Made by a program: the position numbers and the translations under genes
Part shown: positions 63,532 to 64,000 of the stretch, one piece after another
How positions within the stretch are numbered: position 1 is the first letter of the stretch
Layout: each line of letters starts with the position of its first letter
From: Mustelus asterias
Lineage: Eukaryota
DNA length: 64,000 bases
Assembly: GCF_964213995.1 (NCBI RefSeq)
Contig: NC_135803.1
Location: forward strand, 9,982,001 to 10,046,000
Direction of reading: 5' to 3'
Notes under the pieces: model-generated
The model's input: only the letters and a program-made list of their open reading frames with translations
Told to the model about the DNA's origin: nothing
The model's database searches: none

Positions 63532-63823
63532 CTTTTGGTATAGAGGTCTGCGTTTCGTGCTGACCATGGTTTTCGCCATTGAAGAAATCAACAAGAACCC
63601 AAGTCTGCTTCCTAATGTTACATTGGGTTACCGGATTTACGATACTTGTACTATGCCGCTTTTAACTTTGAAATCAACATTTGAATTTCTCAACAAAGGT
63701 GAAGACCCGTCTTCCAATTTAGCTTGCAAAAAGTCATCTACCGTCTCTGCCATTGTCGGCGACTCTGGATCTTCGCGATCTGTAGCAATGGCCACGTTAA
63801 TCGGTCCATTCAGGATCCCTATG
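63532..63823 (+). CDS. V2R gene B' exon 2 (gene continues beyond the window)
   Basis: [29 protein letters not shown]; 292 nt, bounded by AG/GT. Confidence 0.92.
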
Positions 63824-64000
63824 GTAAGATATATATTCATCAATGTTCCAAGCTCAAAATGCAGAAAGCACAGTTATTGTCAAAGTAATAGGTTACTTCC
63901 ATTTATTGTTGGATTATTAGACTCTAATATTCATTATTCCACAAAAATCTTATGGGGACTAAATCTTGATATAAATATATTTAAGTGCTAACTAACATTG

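Larger units (their letters stand above)
40535..64000 (+). repeat. Tandem segmental duplication of about 5243-28150
   Basis: Collinear exons, introns, spacer DNA and shared old repeats. Offsets are 35575 (exon 4), 37899 (exon 5), 35980 (B exon 1) and 35849 (B exon 2). Confidence 0.95.

Overview
Eukaryotic DNA, almost certainly from a shark or other elasmobranch: it carries HE1-type V-SINEs with CR1/HER1-type tails and a DeuSINE. The window is part of a tandem cluster of vomeronasal type-2 (V2R/OlfC, CaSR-like class C GPCR) genes, all on the + strand with the six-exon layout. Gene A (1619-12536) has all six exons, a 1-bp frameshift in exon 3 and a late nonsense codon. Gene B (23850-35410) splices to an apparently intact 871-aa receptor. 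An approximately 36-kb tandem duplication then repeats the unit: A' (40535-50456) is a 5'-truncated pseudogene fused to a CR1 LINE, and B' (exons 1-2, 59830-63823) runs off the window. Introns and spacers hold CR1 and L2-like LINE fragments, SINEs, a solo LTR, GC-rich MITE-like elements and Penelope-like retroelement (PLE) insertions. The most striking signal is the PLE set. It includes minimal type-I hammerhead ribozymes, a 206-bp palindrome with a ribozyme on each strand, and three insertions of very different length that share one inverted architecture and 13-bp target-site duplications (TSDs). PLE hammerheads are a known phenomenon. The local structures are read directly from the sequence, but I cannot establish that they are undescribed.
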